DNA of 64,000 bases. It comes from Rickettsiales bacterium. GTDB lineage: Bacteria > Pseudomonadota > Alphaproteobacteria > Rickettsiales > JALZUV01. Location: assembly GCA_029252805.1 (NCBI GenBank), contig JAQXAR010000041.1, positions 16,825-80,824 of the forward strand, given 5' to 3'. Positions within the stretch are counted from its first letter, which is position 1. Each line of letters opens with the position of its first letter. The notes under the pieces were generated by a model. That model was not told the origin of the DNA and did no database searches. It worked only from the letters and a program-made list of their open reading frames with translations. A program made the translations under genes and the position numbers. Shown piece after piece: positions 10,209 to 22,636 of the stretch.

Positions 10209-12131
10209 CTAGCGGGTAGAGAGCTGTGCAATCGCTCGTTCATTGATGTCGACCGGATATTTACGAGCGAGGTGTTGTAGGTAAAGTGACAGCACATCTT
10301 CGCCATATTGCTTGTTCAACTCCGCGACAATTTTCTCGATTTCTGCTTTTGCTGATCCGTTGCCAGCCGCATCGTCAGACAGGCTTGCAATGCGATTGAC
10401 TTTCGCCAGTACATAAGTGCCTTTTTTGCTATCGACCAGATAAGCATCGGTGATACCGCTGACAGGCTTGGTGAAAATATCTTGGCGTAAGCCTGGTGGC
10501 AGTTCGGTAAAGGCGTTGCTAACAGCGTTTGGTAGATCGCCAGAGCGCTGCACGTTTTTGCCTTTGAGCGGGCGGAATAAATCGCTCTTTAGCTTGCTGC
10601 TATCTTTTATGACGGCTGCGGCGAGAGTCATCGATTTTTCGCGCTGTGCATCACGCAGTTGTTTCGCTGTCCAAGCTTTTTTAACCGTATCGTCTAAATC
10701 TGAAACGACGGGAATGTAAGAGCCTTTAAGGTCTTCCATGGCGACGAGCACGTAATCGCCTGTGCCGTTATCGATGAGTGAGCTATCGGTTTCATCTTGC
10801 AGTTTGAAGCCTGCTGAAAGTAGGGAACTCGGTTGCTTAGGTAGCGCCACTTTTTTGCCTTCAAGGTTCAACCCGTTCGCATTGACCCACTCACTGCTTT
10901 GCGTAGTGAGGCCCAGTTCTTTGGTGGTTTCTTCCAGTGGAATATTTGCCGCTAGGCTGTCTTCGATCTCGACAGTGACATCATAAATTGCATCTTCAAG
11001 CTCGGCCGCGAACCACTCTTTAGAGAGATCATCGCGAACCGATTCAAAGCTTGGGACGGTTTGTTCAATAATGTTTTCCACACGGAAAATATGCCAGCCG
11101 AAATCCGTTTCGATGGGCGAGGTTGATTCGCTCGCTTTAAGTGCAAGCACAGCACCGCGTGCGGCTTCGGGTAAGCCATCGCTCGTGATTACACCCAGAG
11201 ATAACATCTCATTTTCAGGCGCATGTTCTTGGATCACTTCGGCAAAGCTTTGGCCTTGGCGCAGCAGCGCGAGTGCGTTTTGTGCTGTCTCTTCTGTTTC
11301 GTAAAGCAGTTGGCTCACTTCGCGTCGTTCCGGTGTAGTGAGGCTATCTTTTTTATCATCGTAAAGCTGCATGAGGGTTTCGTCATCAATGCTGAGGCCT
11401 TTAGCAATTTTGTCTTTACTCAAGGTGACCCACGCTAGTTTGCGATATTCAGGCTTGCGGAATTGTTCGCCGTAAGCCTTGTGGTAATCTTCTAATGCGC
11501 GATCATCTGGAGTGGGGAGTTCGCTGACATTCACTTTTTGAGTAAAGCGATAGAAGGTGACATCGCGTTTTTCGTTGCGCAGACGGTAAAGCAACGTGGC
11601 CGTATCAGTTAAATCTGGCACGTAACTGCTGAAGTTTTGTAAGAGTAATTTGCTCAAAGTTTCTTTATTGAGCGATTCAATATAGCGTTTTTCGCTAATA
11701 CCTGCTTGGCGGAGCGCTTGCTGGAAACTGTCTTTGTTGAAGTTTCCGCCCATTTGAAATGCTGCGGTATTGCGCATAGATTTGAGAATTTCAGATTCAG
11801 GAACCTTCAAACCAAGCGATTCTGCTTCAAGTTGGACGAGTAGACCGGTTTGCAAATCATTCATCACTTGCTGGCCGATACCGAGGCGATTCGCGAGTTC
11901 TGGCGTAAAATTCCCGCCCATCACCTGACGCAAGGCGCCGTAACGTAGGGTGAGTTCATCACGGTATTCTTGTAGCGAAACTTCTTTATCGCCGGCTTTT
12001 AGGGCATATCCGCCGCTAACGCCGCCGCGGAACATGTCGCCCACGCCCCAGAGGGCAAAACTGGCAGCAATGGCTCCCAGAATAAGTTTCATCACTAGGC
12101 CATTGGAGGAATTTTGTATCGATCTCATCAT
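10209..12131 (-). CDS. ppiD: periplasmic chaperone / peptidyl-prolyl isomerase, PpiD/SurA-N family
   Basis: 640 aa. N-terminal TM anchor, a SurA_N-like region, and a parvulin-like core 'ETDFGWHIFRVENI'. Confidence 0.75.
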   Translation of the reverse strand: MMRSIQNSSNGLVMKLILGAIAASFALWGVGDMFRGGVSGGYALKAGDKEVSLQEYRDELTLRYGALRQVMGGNFTPELANRLGIGQQVMNDLQTGLLVQLEAESLGLKVPESEILKSMRNTAAFQMGGNFNKDSFQQALRQAGISEKRYIESLNKETLSKLLLQNFSSYVPDLTDTATLLYRLRNEKRDVTFYRFTQKVNVSELPTPDDRALEDYHKAYGEQFRKPEYRKLAWVTLSKDKIAKGLSIDDETLMQLYDDKKDSLTTPERREVSQLLYETEETAQNALALLRQGQSFAEVIQEHAPENEMLSLGVITSDGLPEAARGAVLALKASESTSPIETDFGWHIFRVENIIEQTVPSFESVRDDLSKEWFAAELEDAIYDVTVEIEDSLAANIPLEETTKELGLTTQSSEWVNANGLNLEGKKVALPKQPSSLLSAGFKLQDETDSSLIDNGTGDYVLVAMEDLKGSYIPVVSDLDDTVKKAWTAKQLRDAQREKSMTLAAAVIKDSSKLKSDLFRPLKGKNVQRSGDLPNAVSNAFTELPPGLRQDIFTKPVSGITDAYLVDSKKGTYVLAKVNRIASLSDDAAGNGSAKAEIEKIVAELNKQYGEDVLSLYLQHLARKYPVDINERAIAQLSTR

Positions 12132-12234
12132 AATGCGCTGGTTGTAGTGTAAGCCTGAGTAGATGAAAAGGGTAAATTGCGACTAGAACTCATCGAAATG
12201 ATATGTTAGAAGCCACAAAACAAAAGGGCACAAT

Positions 12235-12963
12235 ATGCAGACCGTTATTGGTAATTGGAAAATGCATGGTACATTAACGAGTGCCGCCTCTTTGGCCTCC
12301 GAAATTTCTTATTATGTAGGTGAAGCAGATTTGCAGCAGACGAAAGTCGTGCTAGCGCCGCCTGCATTGCATCTATCAGAGATACTGGAACATACGGTGG
12401 GTACGCCGGTTTCTGTATCTGGACAAGATTGCAGTCCGGCAGAAGAAGGCGCTTATACGGGCGATATTAGTGCGCCGATGTTAGCGAATATAGGCGCGAC
12501 ATATGTGATTCTTGGGCATTCAGAGCGTCGTGCTGGGCATGGCGAAGCGGATGCATCAGTGGCAGAAAAAGCGATCGCGGCCAAGGCAGCAGGCTTAATT
12601 CCGGTTATTTGTATTGGTGAAACGTTGGAGCAGCGCGAAGGTGGTGAGTTTGAATTTGTGCTAGCCGCGCAAGTGAAGGGTTCGGTTCCTGAAAGCTTTA
12701 CAGCGAGTGATTTTTTGCTAGCGTATGAGCCAGTTTGGGCGATTGGCACGGGCAAAGTGGCTGATATTGATACGATTCGTGCGACACATGAATTGATTGC
12801 TGGGCAGTTGCCGACAAGCACGGAAATTCTCTATGGTGGCTCGGTAAAACCGGAGAATGCAGAAGAAATAATGAAGATTGAACATGTTGATGGTGTATTA
12901 GTGGGCGGAGCGAGCTTGAAATCTGAAAGCTTTATCGCCATTATCGCTGCAGCAGAAAAATAA
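12235..12963 (+). CDS. tpiA: triose-phosphate isomerase
   Basis: 242 aa. 'GNWKMHG', 'ILGHSERR' and 'AYEPVWAIGTGK' motifs. Confidence 0.95.
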   Translation: MQTVIGNWKMHGTLTSAASLASEISYYVGEADLQQTKVVLAPPALHLSEILEHTVGTPVSVSGQDCSPAEEGAYTGDISAPMLANIGATYVILGHSERRAGHGEADASVAEKAIAAKAAGLIPVICIGETLEQREGGEFEFVLAAQVKGSVPESFTASDFLLAYEPVWAIGTGKVADIDTIRATHELIAGQLPTSTEILYGGSVKPENAEEIMKIEHVDGVLVGGASLKSESFIAIIAAAEK

Positions 12964-12978
12964 AGGGTAAAGAAAAGC

Positions 12979-14996
<2,018 letters not shown>

Positions 14997-15422
14997 ATGC
15001 GCTTTATTTTTACTAGTTTGGTGATTTTTGCCGCGCTCAGCGCTTATGCGGCGGATTACACGGCGGGTACAAAATGTCCGGCTAAAGTGCATCATAAGCC
15101 GATGGCTAATTTAGAGTATGAAGCCGGTAAAACGGCCTCTGGTTATGCAGTGGCCCCTGCGGATGAAGTGCCGCCAGCCTTAAGCGCCGATGATTTCGCG
15201 CAAGTGAAATTACCGCTCGATATTCCGGTTGAGTCGTATTTAGATAAGGGTAGAGGCGAGGTGACGGATGTTAATGAGCGGATTAATTTAAATACAGATC
15301 GCATGGAATTGCGCACGGGCGAAGTGGCGGTGAATGCGAAAACCGGTGGTGTCAGCTTTAACGGTCGTGATATTTCGACGGTAGAGCCGACTCTAGCCAA
15401 TCCAGATTGCTGGACAGAGTAG
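14997..15422 (+). CDS. hypothetical secreted protein
   Basis: 141 aa. Signal peptide 'MRFIFTSLVIFAALSAYA/AD', with two Cys near the ends of the mature protein. No family recognised. The ATG immediately follows the pyrG TAA. Confidence 0.55.
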   Translation: MRFIFTSLVIFAALSAYAADYTAGTKCPAKVHHKPMANLEYEAGKTASGYAVAPADEVPPALSADDFAQVKLPLDIPVESYLDKGRGEVTDVNERINLNTDRMELRTGEVAVNAKTGGVSFNGRDISTVEPTLANPDCWTE

Positions 15423-15518
15423 TAAGTCTCTCATTTTTGCGCGCTTCTTCGTTGATTTTCTAAGATAATTGGCTTATACAACGCCAGCAGGTTTAAGTGC
15501 AGGTATGGAGACGTTATC

Positions 15519-16001
15519 GTGAAAAAGATTATAAGTGGCGTGGTGGCAATGTTGTTTTTGGCAGCCTGTCAACAAAATGGAGGCGGTTTTCCTACCCTCT
15601 CTAAAGGTGATTTAGGCGGAATTCTTGGCGGCGTAGCAGGCGCGGCAATTGGTTCTCAAATCGGTGATGGAACCGGCAGTACCGTTGCAACAGCAACGGG
15701 TACATTGCTGGGAGCGGCGTTAGGTCGTTCGATTGGTCAATCGCTTGGTAATGCAGATTTAGGGTATTATCATCAAGCGTCTCAACGTGCGATGGAAGTC
15801 GGTCAACCGGGCCAGTTATTCCCATGGCAGAGTCCAACTTCGGGGGTAACAGGTACGGTCACGCCGTCTAATTATCACCAAAACGCAGAAGGTAAATATT
15901 GCCGTGAATACACGCAAACCGTCACAATCGGTGGGCGTTTGCAAGAAGGTCATGGTGTGGCTTGCCGTCAAGTGGACGGTAGCTGGAGAATTCAAAGCTA
16001 A
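15519..16001 (+). CDS. 17-kDa surface-antigen-like glycine-zipper lipoprotein
   Basis: 160 aa. GTG start with a GGAGA SD and lipobox 'LFLAAC'. Glycine zipper 'GGILGGVAGAAIGSQIGDG' and C-terminal 'YCREYTQTVTIGG...GVACRQVDGSWRI', typical of the Rickettsia 17-kDa antigen / RT0821-Lpp0805 family. Confidence 0.75.
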   Translation: MKKIISGVVAMLFLAACQQNGGGFPTLSKGDLGGILGGVAGAAIGSQIGDGTGSTVATATGTLLGAALGRSIGQSLGNADLGYYHQASQRAMEVGQPGQLFPWQSPTSGVTGTVTPSNYHQNAEGKYCREYTQTVTIGGRLQEGHGVACRQVDGSWRIQS

Positions 16002-16029
16002 TCTAATTTAAGGCTATAAAGGTTAAAGC

Positions 16030-16857
16030 ATGTCAGATGTGGTAGAATACCCAAAAGGTGAGCTCATGAAGGGCAAACGTGGCGTTATTATGGGCGTGGC
16101 GAACGATAAGTCATTGGCGTGGGGTATTGCCTCACAACTCGCGGCGCAAGGCGCGGAAATCGCCTTTACCTATCAAGGCGAAGCGCTTGAAAAACGTGTT
16201 CGCCCTTTGGCTGCAAGTGTGGGTAGCGATATCGTGTTGCCTTGCGATGTGACGGATGAAGACAGTATCGATGCCGTATTCGCGGAATTGGAAGAGAAGT
16301 GGGGCACGTTAGATTTTGTGGTTCACGCCATTGCTTTTGCGGATAAAGAAGAACTTAAGGGCATGTATGTTGATACCTCGCGCGGCAACTTCCTACGCTC
16401 GCTCGATATCTCATGCTATTCATTCACAGCGGTGGCCAACCGTGCTTATAAGCTGATGAAGGATGGCGGCTCGATGGTGAGCCTGAGCTATCTTGGAGCT
16501 GAGCGTGTAGTCCCTCATTATAACGTGATGGGTGTGGCAAAAGCTGCTTTGGAAGCCTCTATTCGCTATTTGGCGATGGATCTTGGTAAATTCAATATCC
16601 GTGTAAATTCTATTTCTGCCGGCCCGGTGAAAACATTGGCAGCTTCAGGCATTGGTGACTTCCGTTATATCTTGAAATGGAACGAATATAACTCGCCACT
16701 TGGCCGTAATACGACGCTGCCTGATGTGGGTGGTTCCGCGCTTTATCTATTATCGGATATTGGTGCCGGTACAACGGGTGAAAACCTGCATGTTGATAGT
16801 GGTTACCACGTTGTGGGCATGAAGCGTACGGATGCGCCTGATCTCGGCGCACTTTAG
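16030..16857 (+). CDS. fabI: enoyl-[acyl-carrier-protein] reductase (NADH)
   Basis: 275 aa. '[13 protein letters not shown]' and catalytic '[14 protein letters not shown]' (Y-x6-K). Confidence 0.93.
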   Translation: MSDVVEYPKGELMKGKRGVIMGVANDKSLAWGIASQLAAQGAEIAFTYQGEALEKRVRPLAASVGSDIVLPCDVTDEDSIDAVFAELEEKWGTLDFVVHAIAFADKEELKGMYVDTSRGNFLRSLDISCYSFTAVANRAYKLMKDGGSMVSLSYLGAERVVPHYNVMGVAKAALEASIRYLAMDLGKFNIRVNSISAGPVKTLAASGIGDFRYILKWNEYNSPLGRNTTLPDVGGSALYLLSDIGAGTTGENLHVDSGYHVVGMKRTDAPDLGAL

Positions 16858-16862
16858 CGCCC

Positions 16863-17936
16863 ATGTTCAATTCATTCGGAAATCTCTTCCGTTTCACCTC
16901 TTGGGGTGAATCTCATGGTAAGGCGATCGGCTGTGTGGTAGATGGCTGCCCAGCAGGAATTGAGCTATCGGAAGCTGATATTCAACCTTACCTTGATAAG
17001 CGCCGTCCTGGACAATCTAAACATACGACGCAACGTAAAGAGGTGGATGAAGTAGCAATCCTTTCGGGTGTGTTCGAAGGTAAAACCACAGGGCATCCGA
17101 TTAGCCTGATGATTCATAATACAGATCAGAAATCGAAAGATTATGGTGATATTAAAGATCTTTATCGCCCCGGACATGCTGATTATACGTATGATGAGAA
17201 ATATGGCTTCCGTGACTATCGCGGGGGTGGGCGTTCTTCGGCACGTGAAACGGCGATGCGAGTCGCTGCTGGAGCGATCGCGCGCAAGATTTTAGGCGAT
17301 ATAACCGTGCGCGGCGCAATGGTGCAAATGGGTAGCCATAAAGTAGATGAAATGGCTTATGACTGGGCGCAGGTCAATCAGAATGACTTTTTCTGCCCGC
17401 ATGCCGAAACGGCTGAGAAATGGGCAGACGAACTTAAAGCAATTCGCAAGCAAGGTAGTTCGATCGGGGCCATTATTGAAGTGCAGGCCAATCATGTGCC
17501 CGTTGGATTAGGCGAACCGGTTTATAAAAAGCTGGATACCGAACTGGCAGCTGCAATGATGAGTATCAATGCGGTTAAGGGGGTCGAAATTGGAGATGGT
17601 TTCGCCTCTTCGACCTTGCGAGGCGAAGAAAATGCAGATGAAATTCGTATGGAAAACGGTGAAGTTAAATTCACGAGTAATCACGCGGGTGGTATTCTGG
17701 GTGGAATTTCGAGCGGACAGCCTATTGTGGTGCGTTTTGCAATTAAACCGACAAGTTCGATCCTAACGCCGGTAAAGACAATTGATGCCAATGGCAACGA
17801 ATCCGAAATTCAAACCAAGGGGCGTCATGATCCATGTGTTGGAATTCGTGCAGTACCCGTTGGTGAGGCAATGATGGCCTGTGTTTTAGCGGATCATTTG
17901 CTAATGCATCGAGCCCGTCAAAAATTTGGAGAGTAA
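16863..17936 (+). CDS. aroC: chorismate synthase
   Basis: 357 aa. 'GESHG', '[10 protein letters not shown]' and 'GRHDPCV' motifs. Confidence 0.96.
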   Translation: MFNSFGNLFRFTSWGESHGKAIGCVVDGCPAGIELSEADIQPYLDKRRPGQSKHTTQRKEVDEVAILSGVFEGKTTGHPISLMIHNTDQKSKDYGDIKDLYRPGHADYTYDEKYGFRDYRGGGRSSARETAMRVAAGAIARKILGDITVRGAMVQMGSHKVDEMAYDWAQVNQNDFFCPHAETAEKWADELKAIRKQGSSIGAIIEVQANHVPVGLGEPVYKKLDTELAAAMMSINAVKGVEIGDGFASSTLRGEENADEIRMENGEVKFTSNHAGGILGGISSGQPIVVRFAIKPTSSILTPVKTIDANGNESEIQTKGRHDPCVGIRAVPVGEAMMACVLADHLLMHRARQKFGE

Positions 17937-17937
17937 C

Positions 17938-19944
17938 ATGTTACGTAAATTTTTCACCTTATTGGGTAGTGTATTATTAATGCTATTATTGGCAGTGATT
18001 GTGCTGCCATTTTTGATCCCGATTGATAATTACCGTGAAGATATCTTGAAATTGGTACAAGAAAAAACTGGGCGTGAAGTGACCATTGATGGGGCGTTAG
18101 ACTTCACTTTATTACCCAATATTGCGTTAGAAGTAAATGACGTGACAATCGGTAATCCGAGTGGGTTTGTCTCGTCACAATTCGCTAAGATAGGAACATT
18201 AAGGCTAAAAATGGCGCTTTGGCCTCTGCTGAGTAAGCAAGTGGAAGTGAATCATCTGGCCGTTGATAATGCTGAGATCTATTTGGAAGAAGCGGTTGGT
18301 GGGAAAAAGAACTGGGAGTTTGATACTGCCAAAATAACGAAAACTTCATCCAACAATCTTAAAAAAGAACAAAAATCGAATTTTAAGATGAATGTAGATT
18401 CTATCTTTATTGAGAACACAAAATTGCATTATTTAAAGCCTGGACAGAAATTTAGCACTGAAGACCTTAATGTTGATTATAAAAATAATGAAGCAAAAGT
18501 GAGTTTAGTGCTTAAACATGCGGGAACAAACTACAAAATTAATGTTAATACGTCGGATACGAAAAGCTTATTTTCTGCGAACCAAACACCAATGATATTA
18601 AAGATGCGTTCGCCGCTTATCCGCACAGACTTCGAAGGAAATTTAGAGAGAGTCAATCTTTCAGCGGGTAAGTTCGATGCGAAACTAACGGGTGAAATTG
18701 CGGGTTCCTTTACGGGAATTGGCAATCTAAATAGCCGTAAATTCACTGCAGATGTAAATAAAGCGACGATGGGGATTTTGAGTATTGAGAGCGATATCGG
18801 TGTTTCTGCAACGGGCGATATGGTGGTGAATTATGCCAATAAAAAACCACACCTAACCACGACACTTTCGATCCCTGAATTGAACCTCGATGCGTTGATA
18901 CCAAAAGAACAACCGAAGAAAGCATCATTCTCGTTTATCAATAATGCGTATGCGTCGACCGGATGGAGCCGTGATACGGTTAATCTAGGCGGGCTCTATA
19001 CGATAGATGCGGATGCAAAACTTTCTGTAGGCACTTTGATTAGCTCAGGGTACACCTTAAGTGATTTCACGAGTGCGTTAAAATTGAATAACGGGAGTCT
19101 AAGGGTTTCCAATTTCAAGGCCGGATTGCTCGGTGGTGAGGTAAGCGGTAGCGGCGCCCTCAATGCAAAGGGAACGTGGAATAAAACACTGAAAATCACG
19201 AATATCCCCTTTGAAAAACTAGCCGTTAATTACATGGAAAAAGTGGCGTTAACGGGGATGACGAACGGAAGTATTTCATTGAAATCTAATGGAAAATCGA
19301 TGCATGATTGGATGCATCGTTTGGCAGGAGGTGGGAATCTGACAATTGCGAATGGTGAGATTAAAGGTTTCTCATTACCGAAACTTTTCCGTCAAATTAT
19401 TGGATTCAATGTTCCGCAAACGGTTGCGTCACAAGTGGGAGAGAAAACAACTTTCTCTGCGATCAAAACTGCATTTTCTGTTGATAAGGGAGTGATGCGT
19501 TTGCGTGAGGGAAGTTTGCGCGGGAATCGTTTGAAAGCGGATGCTAGCGGCACGGTTTCCTTGGCTGGGCAGAGTTTGAATCTGTTATTAAAGCCAGAAC
19601 TTATCCCACAAGTCGAAGTGATAGAAGGTGAAGAAGCGCCGTCCGGTTTGATGGTTCCTGTGATGATCAAAGGTTCATTTGATGATATTAAAGTGACTCC
19701 TGATTACAGTAGTGTGATTGGCAATATCTTGAAAGATCCGAAGAATATTGAGAAAAAGCTGAAAAACTTCAAAACTGAAGGAAAAGCAATTGAAGATAGT
19801 TTTGAACCCACAAAAGATGCTATTAATAAGAATATCAAAGCCTTCGAAGATACTAAAGATCCACGAAAACTTCTGAATATCCTAAATGAACTTGATAAAG
19901 GTGGGTCTAACCCGCTAGGTGGATTATTAGGCGGCTCTCGCTAG
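17938..19944 (+). CDS. AsmA family outer-membrane biogenesis protein
   Basis: The ORF track starts at 17926. I prefer the ATG at 17938, which has a GGAGAG SD and sits just after the aroC stop. N-terminal TM anchor, then long beta-rich AsmA-like N- and C-terminal regions ('LPNIALEVNDVTIGNP', 'NGEIKGFSL'). Confidence 0.8.
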   Translation: MLRKFFTLLGSVLLMLLLAVIVLPFLIPIDNYREDILKLVQEKTGREVTIDGALDFTLLPNIALEVNDVTIGNPSGFVSSQFAKIGTLRLKMALWPLLSKQVEVNHLAVDNAEIYLEEAVGGKKNWEFDTAKITKTSSNNLKKEQKSNFKMNVDSIFIENTKLHYLKPGQKFSTEDLNVDYKNNEAKVSLVLKHAGTNYKINVNTSDTKSLFSANQTPMILKMRSPLIRTDFEGNLERVNLSAGKFDAKLTGEIAGSFTGIGNLNSRKFTADVNKATMGILSIESDIGVSATGDMVVNYANKKPHLTTTLSIPELNLDALIPKEQPKKASFSFINNAYASTGWSRDTVNLGGLYTIDADAKLSVGTLISSGYTLSDFTSALKLNNGSLRVSNFKAGLLGGEVSGSGALNAKGTWNKTLKITNIPFEKLAVNYMEKVALTGMTNGSISLKSNGKSMHDWMHRLAGGGNLTIANGEIKGFSLPKLFRQIIGFNVPQTVASQVGEKTTFSAIKTAFSVDKGVMRLREGSLRGNRLKADASGTVSLAGQSLNLLLKPELIPQVEVIEGEEAPSGLMVPVMIKGSFDDIKVTPDYSSVIGNILKDPKNIEKKLKNFKTEGKAIEDSFEPTKDAINKNIKAFEDTKDPRKLLNILNELDKGGSNPLGGLLGGSR

Positions 19945-19946
19945 TA

Positions 19947-20684
19947 ATGCCTAAAATTAGACTCGATCAGTTGCTTGTTGAGCGTGGCTTAGTCGATAGT
20001 CGCACACAAGCGCAAAGTATGATTCTGGCGCATAAGGTGATGGATGGTAACAACCAGCTGCTGACGAAAGCCGGGCATCAAATGCGTGATGATGCGGAAC
20101 TTCGTTTAAAGGAAAAAGAGCACCCATGGGTATCTCGCGGCGGCATGAAGTTGGCGAAAGCGCTCGCAGAATATGAAATTGATCCAGCGGGGCAGGTGAT
20201 TGTGGATATTGGCTCCTCGACCGGCGGCTTTACCGATGTGCTGCTGACAAACGGCGCGGTCAAAGTCTATGCGATCGATGTGGGGTATGGGCAATTGCAT
20301 GAAAAGCTGCGTCAAGATGCCCGCGTGGTTAATCGTGAAAAAACCAACGCCCGCTATCTTACGCAAGATGATTTCGCCGAACCGCTCGACGGATTAGTGT
20401 GTGATGCGAGTTTTATTAGCCTCAGAACCGTGCTGCTCGCCTCAATGGAATGTATCAAAGCAGGAGGCTGGATGGCAGCGCTCATCAAGCCGCAATTCGA
20501 GGTGGGTAAAGAGAATGTAGGCAAGGGCGGGGTGGTCAAAGACCCTGAATTGCATCAGCAGACTTGCGATGACATCGCGGCTTGGGTACAAGCGAGTGGC
20601 TGGGATGTGAAGGGCGTGACGAAAAGTCCGATCACTGGACCGAAAGGCAATGTTGAATTTTTAATTTATGCGGTGAAGCGATGA
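19947..20684 (+). CDS. tlyA: TlyA family rRNA 2'-O-methyltransferase
   Basis: 245 aa. S4-like 'RLDQLLVERGLVDSRTQAQSMI' and FtsJ-type SAM motif 'DIGSSTGGFTD'. Confidence 0.88.
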   Translation: MPKIRLDQLLVERGLVDSRTQAQSMILAHKVMDGNNQLLTKAGHQMRDDAELRLKEKEHPWVSRGGMKLAKALAEYEIDPAGQVIVDIGSSTGGFTDVLLTNGAVKVYAIDVGYGQLHEKLRQDARVVNREKTNARYLTQDDFAEPLDGLVCDASFISLRTVLLASMECIKAGGWMAALIKPQFEVGKENVGKGGVVKDPELHQQTCDDIAAWVQASGWDVKGVTKSPITGPKGNVEFLIYAVKR

Positions 20685-21469
20685 CCAGTTTTTCAGTATC
20701 CAATTACAGCCCGCTCTTGAGTGTGTGGACGCTTTATAAGCGTGAGTGTTGGCGCTTTTTGAAAGTGTGGAATCAAACATTATTGGCGCCTTGCGTCACA
20801 ACTTTATTGTTTTTAGCGATTTTGAATTTGGCACTGGGAGGCGCGACTCGCGTGGTGGGAGGGATGCCGTATGAGCAGTTTATCGCCCCGGGGCTGATTA
20901 TGATGGCTGTCGTGCAGAATGCTTTTGCGAATGCTTCCTCATCATTGATGCTCTCGAAATTTCAAGGTGTGATTATTGACTTATTGATGCCTCCTTTTAC
21001 GGGTGGAGAGCTTGCTCTGGCGCTCAGCATGGGCGGTGTGACGCGTGGTTTAATGGTAGCGCTCAGCAGTGGCGCGGCGCTTTATTTCTTTGTGCCATTT
21101 ACGCTGCATAGCGCAGGTTATGCGATTTATTTTCTGGTAATATCGAGCATGTTTTTGGCGCTGCTTGGATGTATGACCGGTATTTTTGCGCAAAGTTTTG
21201 ATCAAATGTCGGCCATCACGAATTATGTGATTACGCCTTTGGCATTTCTGTCGGGAACGTTTTATTCGATTCAGAACTTGCCGCCCTTTTGGCAGAAGGT
21301 GAGCCATGCAGATCCGTTCTTTTATATGATTGACGGGTTTCGTTATGCGATGACGGGGCATTCGGATGGCGATGTACAGGTTGGCGCGGTTGTCATGTTT
21401 GTGATGACGGTTTTGATGTGGTTCCTTGTGCGCCATGCATTCATTAAAGGTTGGAGGTTGAAGTCATGA
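20681..21469 (+). CDS. ABC-2 type transporter permease
   Basis: 262 aa with 6 predicted TM helices and ABC-2/YadH-like layout. No ATPase partner lies adjacent. Confidence 0.78.
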   Translation: MTSFSVSNYSPLLSVWTLYKRECWRFLKVWNQTLLAPCVTTLLFLAILNLALGGATRVVGGMPYEQFIAPGLIMMAVVQNAFANASSSLMLSKFQGVIIDLLMPPFTGGELALALSMGGVTRGLMVALSSGAALYFFVPFTLHSAGYAIYFLVISSMFLALLGCMTGIFAQSFDQMSAITNYVITPLAFLSGTFYSIQNLPPFWQKVSHADPFFYMIDGFRYAMTGHSDGDVQVGAVVMFVMTVLMWFLVRHAFIKGWRLKS

Positions 21470-22632
21470 CCCTTTCATCTACGATTATGCCGGTTTATCG
21501 CCGAGCGGATATTCTGATGGAACGCGGCGAGGGCGTGTATCTGTTTGATGACACAGGTAAGCGTTATCTCGATTTCGCAGCCGGAATTGCGGTCAATGCG
21601 CTTGGTCATAGTCATCCACGATTGGTGGAGGCGTTGCAGAGTCAGGCAGGTAAGCTATGGCATTGCTCCAACTTATTTAGCAATGCGGGGGTAGTAGAAT
21701 TCTCGGAAAAATTGGCATCTCTTAGTTTCGCTGATGCCATCTTCTGCTGTTCTTCTGGCGCGGAGGCGGTGGAATCTGCAATTAAATTTATCCGCCGCTA
21801 TCACCATGTGAGAGAGACGGGGCGTAATAAAATTATTGTAGCAGAGGGCGGCTTTCATGGGCGCACTCTAGGCGCACTTTCCGCTGGAAGTAATTCACGC
21901 GTTCAGGAATCGTACCATCCTTTGTTGGAAGGGTTTGAAACCGTTGCGTTTGACGATATTGCAGCGCTCGAAGTGGCAATGGATAAGAATGCGGCAGCGA
22001 TCATGTTAGAGCCTGTACAAGGTGAGGGCGGCGTGCGTCCGCATAGTAAAGCCTATCTCCAGCGTGCTCGCGAATTAGCCGATGAGCATGGCGCAGTACT
22101 CTTTTTTGATGAAGTGCAGTGCGGAACGGGGCGTTTGGGAACGCTATTTGCTTACGAATATTATGATGTCGTGCCCGATGTGGTGACGATTGGTAAAGGG
22201 ATTGGCAGCGGTTTTCCCGTGGCAGCGGTTTTGGCGACGCAGGCGATCTCTGATACAATGACGCCGGGCTGTCATGGTTCCACTTACGGCAGCAACCCGC
22301 TGGCAATGGCAGTGGGTACGGTGGTGCTGGAAGAGATTACGCATAATAACGTGCTTGGCCATTCGCAGCGTATGGGCCGGCAGTTGAAAGCGAAACTTCA
22401 GGGTTTGGTAAAGCAGTTTCCGGATCAGTTAGAGGAAGTGCGTGGGCTTGGCCTGATGCTCGGGTTGGTGACGAAAACCTCAGCTTACGAACTGAACGAG
22501 AAATTGCGCGATGCGGGGCTATTGCTTGCACCGGCGGGCGATTCTGTGTTACGGGTGGTGCCGCCTTTAATTATCGATGAATCGCATATTGATGAGGCGA
22601 TTCAATTGATTGCTGAAAATTTGAAAGACTAA
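21466..22632 (+). CDS. argD: acetylornithine/succinyldiaminopimelate aminotransferase
   Basis: Class III aminotransferase with 'FDEVQCGTGRLG' and the PLP Lys in 'TIGKGIGSGFP'. The ATG at 21466 (GGAGG SD, ATGA overlap with the upstream stop) is preferred over the TTG at 21451. Confidence 0.9.
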   Translation: MTLSSTIMPVYRRADILMERGEGVYLFDDTGKRYLDFAAGIAVNALGHSHPRLVEALQSQAGKLWHCSNLFSNAGVVEFSEKLASLSFADAIFCCSSGAEAVESAIKFIRRYHHVRETGRNKIIVAEGGFHGRTLGALSAGSNSRVQESYHPLLEGFETVAFDDIAALEVAMDKNAAAIMLEPVQGEGGVRPHSKAYLQRARELADEHGAVLFFDEVQCGTGRLGTLFAYEYYDVVPDVVTIGKGIGSGFPVAAVLATQAISDTMTPGCHGSTYGSNPLAMAVGTVVLEEITHNNVLGHSQRMGRQLKAKLQGLVKQFPDQLEEVRGLGLMLGLVTKTSAYELNEKLRDAGLLLAPAGDSVLRVVPPLIIDESHIDEAIQLIAENLKD

Positions 22633-22636
22633 GCCG

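Noticed and set aside
18300-19000. Visibly AT-rich patch inside the AsmA-family gene, considered as possible foreign DNA
   Set aside because: It lies within one uninterrupted ORF whose flanks are AsmA-like. The central regions of AsmA proteins are poorly conserved and Lys/Asn-rich. No mobility genes or repeats flank it.
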